In this document: piece after piece, positions 9,381 through 21,720 of the stretch | Layout: the number at the start of each line of letters is the position of its first letter | How positions within the stretch are numbered: the stretch's first letter is position 1 | Assembly: GCF_964204645.1 (NCBI RefSeq) | Contig: NC_134029.1 | Coordinates: 16,362,950 to 16,426,949, forward strand | Length of the DNA: 64,000 nt | Source: Tubulanus polymorphus | Taxonomy: Eukaryota > Animalia > Nemertea | Direction: 5' to 3' | The notes under the pieces: generated by a model | Told to the model about the DNA's origin: nothing | Databases searched by the model: none | What the model saw: only the letters and a program-made list of their open reading frames with translations | Translations under genes and position numbers: made by a program

Positions 9381-12300
9381 TTAACACGTTAGAATTCTTT
9401 TCATTATCTCGTTCTCTTTTGTTTCTTCTCTTTTAAATTTTAAGTATTCATCTAAATTGCAACCATAAGCAACTGTATGAATTCCATCATCTAAAATATA
9501 TCTTTTATCATCAAATGGGTTTAGACTTATCTTTTCAATTTCTTCAATAAACATTTCGTGGTACTCAGATCTTAAACATCTCATTTTATGTTTTCTAACT
9601 TCTTCATTGAATATACAATTGATGTAATCTTTGAAATGAATATTCTTTTCTACTACACTTTTGGTTATTCCTTTTAACTTTTTAGCTTCATGTTCTTTAG
9701 TTTTATATGAATACATTTTAGATCGAATACCTATGAATTCAATCATTTCTTCACCACCTAATTCATCCTTAAACTTCCCTGGAACTTTTTTATTATCATT
9801 GCTAAACAATTCATGATCTTTAGGATAGTTACTAAAATCAAAATGATGTTTTAATGTTTTTAAATCATCAGTTATGTTATCAGTTTGTATCTTTAATATG
9901 TAAGAATCTGTATCAAAATATAATATTTCTATATGTTTTTCTCCAAAAAGTGGTTGTAATACATTATAATAGAATTCATACATTAGTAATTTTGATAATT
10001 CTAAAACTGAAGCGCCAACATAGATTGGTTTATTAAATTTCATTGATGTTCTTCTCATTTTAACTGCGGCTAAATTTTCATCAAATATTCTGTTACCAAT
10101 GAACTTAGGATATGTTTGTAAATGTCTAATTCTTTTACCATTACTAACTAACTCAATATCATTTCTATTTCTAGCTTTTCAAGTCTTACCATAGAATGCA
10201 TTATTCATTAACTTGAAGAAATCTTTCTCAAAATCAGTTTTAGCTTCAGTTCTCTGTTTGGTGTTAAAATCTATATATTTTTCTAACCACTTAGATTGAC
10301 TAAATGAAATATATCTATGTACTTTTTTTAGAATCATTCCTTGATTCAAATAAAACTTTAACATTCTATAATGTACTACATAATTATATTTATCTTCTTG
10401 AGTTACCATTAACTTTTCTGTATGAATATGATTTTCGGGTTTAATTCTTTTTTGGTAATTTGATAATTCTTCATGAGTTACAGTTTTATGTTCGGGACAG
10501 TAAGCTAGATTTCTAGATTTAAATTTAATATGTTCAGGATATTCTAAATCTACAACAAAGAAGTAACCAGTATCTGAATCATCTGCAATATCTAGAATTC
10601 TTTTCTTCCAATCAAATTTATCATTATTTTCATTCTGTAAAACTTCACTTATTTCAAATACTCCATAAGGTTGTGGTTCCATCATTGCCCAACCATACAA
10701 ATTATTTGCATCTATATATAATAACTTATATCCGGGGTTATCATTTACATTGAAATATCTATCACCTAATACACCTGAAACACCTCCTCTTATAGATTTT
10801 TCAAATAATAATAATTGATCTATATTTGTTAACAAATCCATTTTTATATTTGTAAATTTTAATCCACAATCCCATGTTAATCCTGGTGATGAATAACAAT
10901 GACAAGGATCAATGTTAAAATATTTTAGGTTTACATCTCTAAACCTTTCGAATATATCGGTTAATAATAATACATCTGATTTTAGATATAAATCTACTAA
11001 TTGCCCATGATTTTCTATTTTGAAATGATTCCAAATATTCAATGTTCTATTATAGACTTCATCTTTAACATATTCATTTTTTAATTCATCATAAAATTGT
11101 TCTTTCAATAGTTCAGTTATATTGAAATCATTATGTGATTTATAAAATGAATATGGAATTGCTCCTTTATATCTCATTAATTTAAAATCATCATTATTTG
11201 GGTAGTGTTGTTTTAATATTTTCAATTCATCATCGACTAATGATTTTGATAAGTAATCTAATGAACTATTTAAAAATCTATATGAATCTATAAATCTTAG
11301 GCAGCCAAATTGGAATGATATATAATTCTCAGATGTTTTAGCTAACATTCTAAATTTATAAGTTGGTATTTTATCTTTTGATCTATTTGAATTTAATATT
11401 TCTATTTCATTATTGATTTCTTCTATTTTATGACATAACTGTTTGATAAATAAATGTGCATCATATCCTGATAGATTATGAAATATAACTGGTTCAAAAT
11501 TAATTTTCTTAGCTTGTAAGTTACAATTCTCATGTGCAGCGCCTCTAAACTTTCCGTTCAAATGATCATGGTCTCTTACTTTTTTATCTTCATAATTAAA
11601 TATCTTTTCACAATAATAACATTTACCTGCAAACGCAAATTCTTCTTTATCTTTTTCTGTCATTATAATTTCTATATTTGTATTCAATAATTTACTAAAT
11701 CTTATTTCATATTCAATTAATAAGTCACAAAAATGATTGATAACATTTTCATTTCTGTAATTATAATATTCACTTTCAATTAGTTCTGGATAATCAGATT
11801 TAATATATAACCCGAAAGCTGCAGCTGATTGATGAATCTTTTAAATTGTATTTGTTTTTGGTGGTTCATCTGAAAAATCATTTTCATTAGAATTTAATTT
11901 CTTTCTTTTATAATATATATCTTTTCTATCTTGATCAGTTAGTTCTTTATTTAATGATTCAAAATCTCCATATATAACAAATGGTACTTTATTTTTGTAA
12001 TCATATTTTTTGAATTCTAATATTTTATCCTTTTCATTTGGTAAAACTAATTTACAATAATCATGACTTTCACATAATTGTTTATGATTTAATAATGTAC
12101 TTTCATTACTGAATCTATGTAAACATTTTCTACAAAGATATATTTTATGGTGATCATTTTCTGATTTAAAAAATAAATCGATTTGTTTAATCCACATATA
12201 ATGATTCTCATAATATAGTATATCTATAATATCGTTTGAATCATAATCTTTTGATAGATATAAAGGTTCTAATGTATAATATTTTATGTTGTTACCTTTT

Positions 12301-13415
12301 GTATTTGGTAATTTGATTAAATCAAATACATTTATCTTTATATTATTATCTCTTTCTATTTTTGGGATGTTTGTTATTCTAACAGGATACTTATCTATCT
12401 TATAATTATTTTCAAATGGTTTATAATGAGTTAATCTAAAACTATGTGTAATATCTTCTGTTGGATGTAAACAACTTATTATAGCCCATAGAAAACATTT
12501 ATCATCTTCATTTTGTACGTTTATAACAGCATTAGTTTTAAATGGTAGTTTGATATAACTCGATGCTTCAATATCTGGTTCTTTATAATATGATAAATTA
12601 TTTTCATCAATTGGTTTTGATTTAGTTAACTTATTATATTTTGTGTTATAAACATGTAAAGTCATAAATATTATTTCATCAAATATTAAACCAGATCCTT
12701 CAAAATATTTCTCTTCTATTTTAGTTTTTACTTCATTATAACATTTATCTAATTCATCATCTATATGTTGTTTAGATATAATATGTTGTGAATGAGAATT
12801 TATATTATATATTGGTTTATCTTTAGATTTTATAAACTTTACTTTAGAAGATATACTTATTTTAGGATATTCAACATCTGTAATTATTTTTATAATATTT
12901 TTCATATTTTCTAAATGTTTTTTATTTTCTTCTAATGTTTTTCCTTTATGAAATTTAAACTCGATAGCTGCTGGACCAATATCACTTTTAAATGCTTCGG
13001 TTATCTCTATATCTTTTTTATTATCTAATGAATTAATATAATTTCTTACATCTTCCATGTATGGTCTTTTATTGTTTAATTTATTTCTTATTCTTTTAAT
13101 TGTCTTATGTTTCTTATCATTATCATTATCAAAATAATCCTCTCCTAAAATATCATTATTCATATTTCTAATATGGCTTTTAGATTTTAAATGTTCATTA
13201 TAATATCTTTTATCACTGAATGATTGATTACATGTATCACATTTGTATGTTTCTTTTTCATTCTTTAATTCATCTAATTTAGTTTCTAATATATCATCTT
13301 TATATTCTAGTTTCAATTTATTCTCTAAATGTGTTTTAGTTTTATTGTGTCTTGCTTTTTGGGATTTATCTATATTGATATTACATGTTGGGCAGTAGTA
13401 CTTATTTGCTTCCAT
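9381..13415 (-). pseudogene. polB: Protein-primed family B DNA polymerase (about 1,345 codons) with two in-frame stops (11841 TAA, 10179 TGA)
   Basis: All three ORFs share one frame; Exo I YGDFES, Exo II FHNLSGYD, Exo III YLKSDV, Pol A YIDANNLYG, B KLMNNAFYGK, C YFDTDS, KMYSY; N-terminal C2H2 fingers; CxxC...VRDHDH...AHENCN insert. Confidence 0.95.
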
Positions 13416-13495
13416 TTTAATACTAAATATTTTATTAAAATTGATTTTAGAAGTTCAATGATTTAAATGTTATTCATATAAATGAATATTTTAAG

Positions 13496-13900
13496 AGTAA
13501 TAGGGGTAATGGGCTTTCATATCAAAGGTTGAATGGTCGAGCTCATTAATAACAAAACATTAAAAGTAATTAAAAACTATAATATATTTTCATAACCGCG
13601 TGCATTTCAGTTGAATAATAGAATAATTATTATTATTTGAATATATTTGATTATATGAATTTGTGTATTGTAAATAAATCAATTGGTCGCGGAGCGGAGT
13701 GGAGCGAAGCGGAGCGACCAATTGATTTATTTACAATATGCTTTTTAAATTATTGATATCTTAGAATAAATATTTAGTTTTAATATAAAATGCACGCGGT
13801 TATGAAAATATATTATAGTTTTTAATTACTTTTAATGTTTTGTTTTTTAATGGGCTCGACCGTTCGACCTTTGGTATGAAAGCCCATTACCCCTATTACT
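13496..13900. repeat. Self-complementary terminal region of the Polinton (nested inverted repeats)
   Basis: Outer arms 13496-13607 and 13788-13900; inner perfect 25-bp arms 13666-13690 and 13714-13738; loop GGAGCGGAGTGGAGCGAAGCGGA. Confidence 0.92.
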
Positions 13901-14100
13901 GACAAAACCAAAATAATGCATTGTCGCTGGCGATAAAACCAAAGTAATGAATTGTCATGGGCGATAAAACCAAAATAATGAATTGTCGCGGGCGACAAAA
14001 TCAAAATCATTGTTTTCTCGCGTTATTTTAGTTTTGTCGTTTTGTCGTTATGTCGCCCTCATTTGCATATTCGTGTTTTGTTATCTTATCAGCCACCATA
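13901..14100. repeat. 31-bp tandem array and end of a host non-autonomous element interrupted by the Polinton
   Basis: Units start at 13901, 13932, 13963 and 13994 (GA(C/T)AAAACCAAAATAATGAATTGTC..GGC). Confidence 0.75.
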
Positions 14101-14119
14101 CTAAAGCTTTAAGGTCGCG

Positions 14120-15062
14120 TAAAACTCGATAAACACTTCAAGCGACACAGCGAACGATCTCCTTTCCCCCACAGCGAACGCTTACTCCGAATGTCAAGTG
14201 TGAGTCCAGCATACGGATAGGAGTGTGTTATATACTTGTATTTAGTAAATACCTTGTGGATTTGACAATGATCGGTATGTACTGTAGGAAATATAGAGTA
14301 TTGATGGTATTGTATAGAGGCCCGCGGCCGAATAAAGTAATATATTCTTTTATTTTGATACCTCGTCGACATAACAGCTTTTCTCCGCTATATCTCTTCG
14401 GCGTGTTTAGTTTAGGCTTACGACTCCCCGGTACACTTACGATTTATCTTAGTAAAAACACGGTAAATTTGGTAAAGAAAAATAGGTATTGCTAAATTAA
14501 CTGCTTGACGCCCGCAGCCAAATCACTGGTAGTAATGAATTAATTTGTACTTGATTTGATTCTCAGAATGAGGAGAAACTCGCAGCTGATTCCCGGAACG
14601 ACGATGTAGTGACACACGTCGATTTGTCGATGTTTACGGCTCGACAGTGCTTTTAAAATCTAAAGTAGTAAATTTCCTGTGTATTGGTATTATAATTTGA
14701 TGAGGAAAATGGGCTATTGTTAAAATTAGTTTTTAAAAACCGCGACAGAATGTGCAATCTTTGGGTAATAAATTTGTTAATTTATGCTTGAATTGATAAT
14801 CGATGTGACCAGAAACGTGCGGTAGATTTCGGAAAGACGACTTAGAAAAACATGTCGGCTCTTTGAATGGGGCTCAATTTTCGATGTTTACGGCCCGACA
14901 GTGCTTTTGTAACGTTGATTCTTCAAAATTCGCACGGAGTATTTGTAGATCGAACTGAGCTGAATGATATGAGACGGATTGTATCGGCAACAGCGGTAAT
15001 GTAAAAAAGCCTATGTACTTTTGACAAAAAATGTGTGGAAAAAAATAATAATAATAATAATA
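14120..15062 (+). mobile_element. Dispersed repeat (Helentron/HINE-like body), copy 1
   Basis: Highly similar to 62486-63430 in the same orientation; ends in (AAT)n. Confidence 0.85.
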
Positions 15063-16800
15063 AATATAGCTGCAAAGCAGCGATAACGGGTTTTCTGAGC
15101 AGGCGTGCTATTCATAGTTTGAAAAGTGGATCATAGAAATATATCAATATATACTCGGGTCGTTTAGTTGTCTGCGGAGTCGAGTAGATTGGTTACCCGT
15201 CTGTAACATTGGTTACGGAAACGACTCGTCAGCTTGATGAGTTGTATGTATTATGATTGTGCGCCACCTGCATCTTCCGAAATAATGTTCATATAATTAT
15301 TTGAAGGGAGGATTGAAATCAATTATCAACGTACATCTGAATATGTAATAGTCCTTAGTACGTAACTTTCTGTTGCAGAGGGCATAGAAAAGATTTTCAA
15401 ATTATTTAATTAAAATATAAATTTTATTTACGAAAAATAAACTATTATGGTCAGTACAAAATGAAAATTCATAGTGTATTTTTGAGAACAAGCTTACATA
15501 GCTTACAGAATACATCACGTACATTTGAATTTTATAAGTGATGGGTAAAAATCAACGTGTGACAGAAAAAAATGTAGTTAATTATTTAACAATATCGAAA
15601 TATGTGCTCTCTTTTTAAACTAATGGAGTGATACGCATTTAATCACATGGCCTGTATTAAAAGATAGAACATACAAGTTGGATATTTATAAGTCGAAACA
15701 TGTGAACAGAAACTAAAACTTTGATTTCAGTGACCAGTATCGAATTACACAACGACAATTGGCTTTAAACTCAACAAACCATTATGAGAATGCCGGTTTG
15801 CTAGCGTATCTATTTAACACCCGTATTGCTCGGATGACTTTTACTACCAACGGGTGGCGCTGTGTGTAAATTTCACATAAATCAACGACTTTCGGCTATT
15901 AGCGGTACATAAGACCACTTGAAAACATCATAGTCAATTACGGTAGTAGTGAAAATAAAAAGTTACAGTTCGGTGTACAGCACCATAGCACCCATATAAT
16001 ACCACATACATTTCATTCAGACTAAGGACTTAGTTAACACTGATCTTCATTTCCATTAATTAATGATCTGTTGAATTAATTAGTAATTCAGTCTTTCGGT
16101 GGTTCGAGATAAAATGCCCACAAAATAAGAACTAACGAACCAGGGCTGACCACAAATTGCCCAACAGATAAATTTTCCGAAACGACACAATAATGTTTAG
16201 TATCAAATAACTCGTGGCGTGGACCTTGGTCTATCAACTGACCAATGCATGACCAGTACTGGCTATATAGTAAATTATCTGTTTTGCAAACAATTAAGTT
16301 ATTTGGTGTCAAATAACTAGATATAATGTGGACATTAAACTAAAAATTGTTTAACTGACCAATGCTTGACCAGTACTGACCAGTTACCACTAACTAGAAC
16401 CCACCATATGTAATATATATGTTTAGTAAAGCAATAAAATCGCGTTTGGGCGTCGAGCTGCTAGATACGGTGCGGGCTATGATCTAACAACTATTTAACT
16501 GACCAATATTTTACCAATACTGACCTTAAAGTAATTTGTTTATTCTAGAAGCAACACAGTCGTGTTTGGTGTCTAATAATTAGAAATGGTGTGGGCTTTC
16601 ATCTAACAACTATTCAAGTGACCAAATATTGACCAATACTGACCACATAGCTATATTTATCTGTTTCGGACACAACTTAGTCGTGTCTCGTATCAAATAA
16701 TTTCATTCGGTCTGAACGTAAATATAACAACTCTTTTACCTGTACAAGCTACACCAGTACTGTCTAATTACCGGTTAAATGTTTTTAGAAATAACACGGG
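15063..16800 (+). mobile_element. End of a HINE-like element with an internal ~120-bp degenerate tandem array
   Basis: AAATATAGCTGCAAAGCAGCGATAACGGGTTTTCTG (also at ~60823); ACTGACCAAT-containing units at ~16237, 16354, 16498, 16617 and 16738. Confidence 0.55.
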
Positions 16801-18559
16801 GTATTGCCTGAATCCTTCGTCAGTACTACTCTTATTAAATGTGTCGTTTTAAAAGTCTTGTCCAATTTTTATTGTAGGAAGCGAGCTAACTTTGAAATTT
16901 CCCACTAAATGCAAAAGATTTTCACATCGGGTTTTGAACGAACAACGTTTCGATTTGTAATTGTAACGTGCGCATTTTAGCCTGTAACGTGCACATTTCA
17001 CTAGTGTAAACGTGCGTATCGGTACCATTATGCGAAACTTGTCAAACTTTTGCGTTCAAGACGTTTAAACTGAACACTAAAGGAGATATTATATCATATC
17101 ATATCATATCATATCATATATATGAATAATGAATAGATGGAAGATAATGTAGTAGTTTTGAATGTTTCGTAACTGCTGTCCACTGACCGCAGATCATCAA
17201 AGTTAATCGCCTCATATGAAATATATATTCGTTATAAGGGATGTAGTAGTTCAGTGAGAATTCAAACTTATGGGTAATTTTAAGTGATCACAACGCTGAC
17301 CAATAGAGAAAGCTGTATCACAACAAAAGTGCGACTTACGTATCTTATTGAAACATTGTAAAATACCGGAGAGTAAATGGGAGAACCCTGAATTCGAAAC
17401 AATTCCACACTCGGATCGTTTACTTTGAAAACACAATTTGCAATTTGTGGACATCCATTATTTCTGCACCAAAAGCATGAAGTATATTATCTTTGCTCGT
17501 AAAAATTTTGAAATTTTGAGGAAGATTTTTGGCCTCGTTAACCTGTGAACACGTCCTTCATATATTTTCTAAGACCGATCTTGATATAATGCTGAGAGTT
17601 TAGAGAAAATTATGGTAGGATGTAAACTTAGGCTGCTTCGTATCCGTGGAGGGTTGCTAATTATTGATCTTATACACAATAATCATAAGTACGTAACACG
17701 AGACTCCATAGAATATCGTTTTTCAATCATACGTACACAAATTATTGCGATATAAAGATAAATAGTACTTTAATATACTTTTTACTTCTTATACTGAATA
17801 TTTCTTTAGTAGTATTAATAAAGAGTGGATCAGCAGGCTACCTGAGCCCATTCCACGATTTGAGGTCAGTTGCCAAAAGTTAGTAAGTTTACATACCAGT
17901 GGATAGTTAACATTTAAAATGACAATTAAAACTTCATTGCTAAAAATAACTTTGTATTCGTAGAATAGTCACACTCAAATGCGGAGAATTGATAATACCA
18001 TAATACGATACGAAAATTCACTGTGTACAAATTCAAAAAGATGATCTCTAGTGAACGATCGAACGTTGTGTCGTTATTTTCTAATGATAAAACTTGGCTT
18101 GTGATTTGAAATGTGTACATATTGGATCTTTTTCATATTAACAGTGTATTTGGTCATGTATCATATTGTATAATGGTTAATTTAAACTAACTGGTTTTAG
18201 AGTTGTATCCTTAAATCCTGTAATAGAGGATGCAATCTTTTTGCGGCAAACAGTACAAATAGCTAGAAAAAGCAACGATAGTGCATTGGTAAACTTAAAG
18301 CAAGCGTACATTGGTTGTTTAGGTTTTTCGTTGGGAAAATTAATGTTTAATCATTATTGAAATATCCGAGGCGAGCTTTTCCAGGAATTTACAAAGTTGA
18401 GCTTTACACAAGGAATTTTTTTGTAGTCCGATATCAGTGATTACCTCTGGCTTGGAGAGATACAATCTAAAACCAACCGTCGAGTCAAATATTTTACCAC
18501 AATTTTCTATGATTAGTAAAAAGATTAAGTAATAGACATAGGCATGCAAACAGTAATAT

Positions 18560-18725
18560 CTGAAGTCCACTCCATTTCAAACTCATTCATCTTTACACAA
18601 ACTCCAACTTGTTGAACAGTTCAAAATCGCGTGGCTTGAATTATTACGATAGCTAAAATCAGGGACCACGATACTTGCTCATCTACACTGGCTTCCAATT
18701 TAACAAAGGATTGAATTTGAGTGTT
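18560..18725 (+). pseudogene. Degenerate 3' fragment of an L2/CR1-type LINE ORF2
   Basis: Translates to KLQLV...VQN and LAHLHWLPI*QRIEF. Confidence 0.55.
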
Positions 18726-19019
18726 TGATGTTGTAACAATAGGCCTACCATACTGAATTATGGATTCGGTTTCTACTTTTTGATTGAACATTTATATCAC
18801 ATATTGGGTCATTTCATTTTTACCAGTATAGGCCAAATTGGAAGAACCTATCCGTATATCATGTTTAATTTTATATAATCTGACTTTTGAGATGTCATTC
18901 AATCAATGCATTCATATGCGGTCGTCGCTTTCAATAGCCACCACGGACTAACTCCTTAGCGATACCTTGGCGGACGATTCCACACGTTTCTTGCTCCAGC
19001 CCTAGAATGCTCAATTATA

Positions 19020-19426
19020 AGGCGCTTTTACGAAATTGAATCTGATTCGGTTTAGCTAAATCCGATTCGATGTTGGAAAACGTAAGGATTAGTAAATCGA
19101 ATCGTTTTTCGTAAATGAGTCGAATCAATTTATCAATCTAAAGGTCGCGATTCGAAAGAAAATGGGCGTCAATGGTGACCGAATTATTGATAGATGATGG
19201 TCTGCAATAGATGTCTTTAGCCCGCGGTCGAAGAGGACGCCATGTTGGATTTCACTGACTAAATCGCCACTAACTTGCTCGCCGAGCAAGTTAGTCGATT
19301 TAATAAATCAATTTACTAAACCGCGTCCATAAACGAGTTGATTTACCAAATCGGATTCACTAAACCGCGTGCCGTAAACGTGAAACTTAAATCGATTTAC
19401 AAAGATTCAGTTTCGTAAAAGCGCCT
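19020..19426. mobile_element. MITE
   Basis: 24-bp TIR AGGCGCTTTTACGAAA(T/C)TGAATCT; internal palindrome CTAACTTGCTCG-C-CGAGCAAGTTAG. Confidence 0.75.
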
Positions 19427-21185
19427 ATAGTCGTCATGAACACCCGATTTGAATTCAAATTCAAAAGACTCCTAAAAACGCACCTGTTTACTCGATTACT
19501 GTAAAGCGCCTTTGAGCATTTATATGCAAGAATCAGTGAAATTGGCGCTTTATCAGTTGTATTCATCATTCAAACCATTATTCTCCTTATCCTATGAATT
19601 TGGAGACCCATCCTCGCATGAGAATGAATATAATGTGATTTCAATTAAAGATGACACATGGCCTCATATCATTACGTTATGTTTTTCAACGGGTGGGCGA
19701 GATTATATTCTTATGTTTTTGTTTCTCTGAATGTCGCTATTTAAGAGTTCAATAATAATTTCAGTCAACCAAACAAAGGATTTTTCTGTATGTTTCGTGT
19801 CCTGTTTTTCCATAACCCTAGGACTGCATTTTAGGTATTTTTTGTGGATGACCGAACGCTGCTGTCCCTTTCTGGTAATTTGATGATATCTGTCGAAATC
19901 TAAATTTTAAAAAGGAATCAGGCATATCTCCTTGTTTGACTAAGTTAGAACTCAACTTTAAGGGACACTCCCTTAAAGGCGCCGAAGTAAAATCATGTGT
20001 CGAGTGGAGATGATATTGTGTCAGAATTTCTTCAAAAGCGGAGAAAATAGAATATTTTGAAAATAATGATTTCACATGTATGTTTGAATCCGTTATAACT
20101 GGAGCAATTTTCATAAAAACATATCTATGGAATCAACGAAATGTAATTAAGAAGAATACTATGTTTAAGATGTTATCAAAGGCATTTGAAAAAAGTTTTC
20201 TGATTTCGTCAACTGTGAAACTAGTGTCAACCAGATGTGTTCCCATTAAACGAACCGACTGCGAGCCGAGTCGATGTGAGATGTGACCTACACTGAAAAT
20301 CTCAAGCGCTACCACTGGTTTTTAGGTGCTTCTGAATGTCGGCCGTTAAAAAACTAAACAATTGCCATTTGGAAAGGGCCTAGTTAGAGAAAATGCTAGA
20401 TGTGTATATTGTGTGATATTTCATGTGCGTTTGGAATTTAACCTTGTTTATAACGAAACACACATGTTCTTTTCTATTTTAGAAGAGCGCATGATAGTGC
20501 AATAAAGAACTGACAATGAAAAAGGGGTAACAGGTGACTGATATCACACCGAATTTCAATTCCTATGAACACTTTTCATATAGTGAATTCTGTACAAGAG
20601 TAAAAAGAACTTGAAATATTAACGAAACAGTTTTTTGACGGACAAATCGTTACCATCGATTTTTCAAAACTTTTTTAATGCCTTGGTGACCACTGGTCTA
20701 GTACGCGGTTTTCTGAAACAAAAGTGGCCAAGTTTAAAGAACGACAAATGATCACAAATATTAGGAGCCTAATGCGTTTAATGATTTAATTAATTGGCAT
20801 CGCGCTGATTGGTTGAAAGACGGTTGTTAGTCATCTTGCCTGTGATTTAATTGTTTTTTTAAGCATCGATTAACCATAGATTTAATCTTATCATAACTTA
20901 TTTGCAGGTGCTTCTCGCAAACATTTTCTATTCGTTTTCAAACGCAGTACTGTTCAGATGATTCGCGTCAAGCTTTGAGTCAAGTAGTAAAAAAGTTTAT
21001 GTATTAGCATTACTATGCAGTGAAAATAACGCACTGCGGCAAGTGAGGTGCTGTGATCCAGATGTGTAACCTATTTAGGAGTAATATATTTCCATAATGT
21101 CAACGCCATTCAGAAACAGTAGCAAAACATACTGCTGGTCTCTAGAAATAACAATACGACGACAACCACTTTCGAATTCGACGAT

Positions 21186-21720
21186 ATTCGAGAAGTTTCA
21201 CTTGGGCAGTGGTGGTCAGTGATGGTCAATTTATGAATTCTAATGGGGAATGCTTTCTAGTTTCACACCAAATGCGGTACCGGTATATCTTTCTTACATT
21301 CGAGAAGTTTCAATTGGTCAGTGGTGGTCAGTGAATGGTCAATTCATGAATTTTCAATGGCGAATCCTTTCTAGTTTGACACCATAACGCGGTATATCGT
21401 TCTCATATTCGAGAAGTTTGAATTGGTCAGTGGTGGTCAGTGATGGTCAATTTATGAATTCTCAATATTTATGGCGAATCCTTTCTAATTTGACACCATA
21501 ACGCGGTATATCGTTCTCATATTCGAGAAGTTTGAATTGGTCAGTGGTGGTCAGTGATGGTCAATTTATGAATTCTCAATATCTATGGCGAATCCTTTCT
21601 AGTTTGACACCATAACGCGGTATATCGAACTCATATTCGAGAAGTTTGAATTGGTCAGTGGTGGTCAGTGATGGTCAATTTATGAATTTGCAATGATGAT
21701 ACCTGGGTAGTTTGAAAAAA
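21186..21720. repeat. Tandem array, five units of 109-114 bp
   Basis: ATTCGAGAAGTTT...GGTCAGTGGTGGTCAGTG at 21186, 21298, 21407, 21521 and 21635. Confidence 0.9.

Larger units (their letters stand above)
1..13900. mobile_element. Endogenous Polinton/Maverick (adintovirus-like) element, right part; continues beyond the window start; degraded copy
   Basis: Compact intron-less AT-rich gene array with pPolB, capsid proteins, rve integrase and ATPase remnants; ends abruptly at ...CCCCTATTACT (5'-AGT terminus on the minus strand) against a host repeat. Confidence 0.93.

Noticed and set aside
4233-11843. Alternative genetic code or programmed readthrough to explain single in-frame stops in Polinton genes
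   Set aside because: The stops are of all three types (TAG, TAA, TGA) and occur alongside frameshifts and a deletion; ordinary decay is simpler
1-13900. Contaminating free virus or phage contig
   Set aside because: Has a clean terminus joined to host repeats and carries inactivating mutations typical of an endogenous copy; a chimeric assembly can only be excluded with reads
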